Shown: positions 61,751 to 64,000 of the stretch, piece by piece
How the letters are laid out: each line of letters opens with the position of its first letter
Numbering within the stretch: position 1 is the stretch's first letter
Assembly: GCA_963793865.1 (NCBI GenBank)
Contig: CAWCBP010000004.1
Span: 96,001-160,000 of the forward strand
Length of the DNA: 64,000 nucleotides
Origin: an uncultured delta proteobacterium
GTDB lineage: Bacteria; Desulfobacterota; WTBG01
Reading direction: 5' to 3'
Translations under genes and position numbers: made by a program
The notes under the pieces: generated by a model
Seen by the model: the letters and a program-made list of their open reading frames with translations, nothing else
Database searches by the model: none
Told to the model about the DNA's origin: nothing

Positions 61751-64000
61751 ATGACTCCCATGCTCAGGCAATACCTATCCATCAAGGAAAAGCTGAAGGA
61801 CGCCATTCTCTTTTTCCGGCTGGGAGATTTTTATGAAATGTTTTTTGAAGATGCCCTGAAGGCATCCGCCATCCTTGACATCACCCTCACCTCGCGGGAC
61901 GGGGGCAGCGCCGGCAAGGTGCCCATGTGCGGCGTTCCCTATCACGCGGCAAAGGGCTACATCAATCGCCTCACCCGGGAAGGCTTCAAGGTGGCCATCT
62001 GTGAGCAGACGGAAGACCCCCAGGCCGCCAAAGGCATTGTCAGAAGAGAAGTGGTGCGCATCATCACCCCCGGCACCAACCTGGAAGACGATGAACTCAC
62101 CCAGACGCACAACAGCTATATCGCGGCCTGCTGCGTGACGGGCGGGGTGTGGGGGCTCAGCTATCTCGACCTTTCCACCGGTGATTTCAGGCTTACCGAG
62201 CTTGAGAAGGATGAAGACCTTCTGGACGAGATCTGCCGGCTGCGTCCCCGGGAGTTCATCGTTGCCGAGGGACTGAAGGAGAACCGGCCCTTCCTGCACA
62301 TCCTCGCCCAGGCGGGATCGCCGGTGGTGAATCAGTACCAGGAGTGGGTCTTCGATCCGGAGGCGGCCGAAAAAAACCTGGAGCGGCAGTTCGGGCTCAA
62401 GTCGCTGGAAGGTCTCGGCTTATCCTCCTACAGCGCGGGCATCGGGGCCGCCGGCGCCCTGCTCTATTTTCTCAAGGACAACCTGCTCACCTCCCTCGGC
62501 CACCTCAAGCGGCCGCTTCCCTACCGCTCGTCCCAGTACATGATGCTCGACCGGCGGACACAGAGAAACCTGGAGCTTACGGAGCCGCTCTCCGGCGACG
62601 GCAAAAGCGTCACCCTTTTTTCCGTCCTGAATAAAACCCTGACCCCCATGGGGGGACGGCTGCTTGCGCAGTGGATCAAGCAGCCCCTCCTTTCCCTGCG
62701 GCTCATCCGGGAGCGCCACGCGGCCATTGACGATCTCCTGGCACAGCGGGAAACGCTGGGCGCGCTGCCGGGGCTGCTCAAGCCGGTCCGCGACATGGAG
62801 CGGCTGCTCTCGCGGATCGCCTGCGGGGTATGCTCGGCCAGGGAGCTGGTGGCCATGAAGGAATCGCTGAAGGCGGTTCCGGAAATAAAAAGCGCCCTTG
62901 CCTGCCTCACCTCGCCCCTGCTGACCGACAGGCGGGAGGCGCTGGTTGAACTGCATGAGCTCACCGCGCTCATCGAAAAAGCCATTGTCGATGACCCGCC
63001 CTTCCCGGTGAAGGAGGGCGGCATCATCAGGCAGCACTACCATGAAGGCCTCGATGAGCTGCGCGGCAGGGCGCGCCAGGGTAAGCAGTGGGTTGCGGCC
63101 TTCCAGGAGAATGAGCGGCAGCGGACCGGCATCAAGTCGCTGAAGGTGCACTATAACAGGGTGTTCGGCTACTACATCGAAATCACCAGGCCCAATCTTT
63201 CGCTCGCGCCGTCCGATTACATCCGCAAGCAGACGCTGGTCAACGCGGAGCGGTTCATCACCGCCGAGCTGAAGGAATGGGAGGACAGCATCCTGGGCGC
63301 GGAGGAAAAGGCAAACGCGCTGGAGTATACGCTGTTCGAAGAGGTGCGGCAGGAGCTGCTGAACTACGTTCCTCAGGTCCAGCGCATCGCGGAAGCCCTG
63401 GCCCTGATTGACGTGCTCTTCTGCCTGGCCAGGGTGGCCCTGAGCAACGGCTACGTGAAGCCCGACATCGATGAGGGGCCCGCCATTACCATTACGGGCG
63501 GCAGGCATCCGGTTGTGGAACGGGTGCTTGAGGAGGGGCAGTTCGTTTCCAACGACACCGCGCTCGACCAGAAAAAAAACCAGCTGCTCATCATCACCGG
63601 GCCCAATATGGCGGGGAAATCCACCTACATCAGGCAGGTGGCGCTTATTGTCATCATGGCCCAGATGGGCTCTTTTGTCCCGGCGGAGGCGGCGCGCATC
63701 GGTCTGGTGGACACCATCTACACCCGGATCGGCGCCAACGAGAACCTGGCCCGTGGGGAAAGCACCTTCATGGTGGAGATGCTCGAAACCTCGAACATTC
63801 TCAACAACGCCGGACCCAGGTCTTTGGTCATCCTCGATGAGATAGGCCGCGGCACATCAACCTTTGACGGGGTTAGCATTGCCTGGGCGGTATGCGAGTT
63901 TCTTAATAAAAAAAGCGGCGCCAGGCCCAGGACGCTCTTTGCCACCCATTTTCACGAGCTGGGGGAACTGGAGCGCTCCCTTGAGGGTATCAAAAACTAC
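61751..64000 (+). CDS. mutS: DNA mismatch repair protein MutS (partial, runs off the window; absent from the ORF track)
   Basis: MTPMLRQY..FFRLGDFYEMF; GPNMAGKST; STFMVEM; DEIGRGTST; ATHFHEL. Confidence 0.97.
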   Translation, partial: MTPMLRQYLSIKEKLKDAILFFRLGDFYEMFFEDALKASAILDITLTSRDGGSAGKVPMCGVPYHAAKGYINRLTREGFKVAICEQTEDPQAAKGIVRREVVRIITPGTNLEDDELTQTHNSYIAACCVTGGVWGLSYLDLSTGDFRLTELEKDEDLLDEICRLRPREFIVAEGLKENRPFLHILAQAGSPVVNQYQEWVFDPEAAEKNLERQFGLKSLEGLGLSSYSAGIGAAGALLYFLKDNLLTSLGHLKRPLPYRSSQYMMLDRRTQRNLELTEPLSGDGKSVTLFSVLNKTLTPMGGRLLAQWIKQPLLSLRLIRERHAAIDDLLAQRETLGALPGLLKPVRDMERLLSRIACGVCSARELVAMKESLKAVPEIKSALACLTSPLLTDRREALVELHELTALIEKAIVDDPPFPVKEGGIIRQHYHEGLDELRGRARQGKQWVAAFQENERQRTGIKSLKVHYNRVFGYYIEITRPNLSLAPSDYIRKQTLVNAERFITAELKEWEDSILGAEEKANALEYTLFEEVRQELLNYVPQVQRIAEALALIDVLFCLARVALSNGYVKPDIDEGPAITITGGRHPVVERVLEEGQFVSNDTALDQKKNQLLIITGPNMAGKSTYIRQVALIVIMAQMGSFVPAEAARIGLVDTIYTRIGANENLARGESTFMVEMLETSNILNNAGPRSLVILDEIGRGTSTFDGVSIAWAVCEFLNKKSGARPRTLFATHFHELGELERSLEGIKNY

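Noticed and set aside
61507..61806. N-terminal extension of the 3D-domain ORF
   Set aside because: It is the translation of a MITE and overlaps mutS; the likely start is 61506
43000..64000. Numerous 100-400 aa minus-strand ORFs opposite core genes
   Set aside because: Expected antisense ORFs in high-GC3 coding DNA, with no recognisable motifs

Overview
64-kb window of a Gram-negative anaerobe that looks like Desulfobacterota (Deltaproteobacteria), judged from the lysS-lolCD-bamA-skp-lpx operon, pilB/pilC and a selenoprotein. The right half (30-64 kb) is housekeeping: secG, tpiA, pfk, lon-clpX-clpP-tig, pilB/pilC, the outer-membrane and lipid A operon, a UvrD/PcrA helicase and a partial mutS. 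The left half (1-30 kb) is accessory. It holds two giant secreted Cys-rich proteins with dockerin-like ends, one with an 11x153-bp tandem array. Both sit in a repeated cassette made of a 22-bp-periodic promoter motif and an SD-plus-terminator hairpin. A third cassette contains no gene and looks like a ~135-nt sRNA. Also present are a PAS hybrid kinase, two CFI-box-CTERM proteins (one cohesin-like), a secreted DsbA-type selenoprotein (UxxC, split by the ORF track), a RAYT-like HUH transposase bounded by perfect 18-bp inverted repeats, a TMTC-like glycosyltransferase, islets at tRNA-Arg and tRNA-Leu, and several REP/MITE families. Three frameshifts (~2540, ~7038, ~36575) are most simply read as indel errors. 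The best candidate for a new system is a co-regulated, non-cellulosomal cohesin-dockerin surface assembly of disulfide-rich giant proteins, possibly folded by the Sec-DsbA; this is inference. All domain calls come from motif recognition by eye, and no searches were run.
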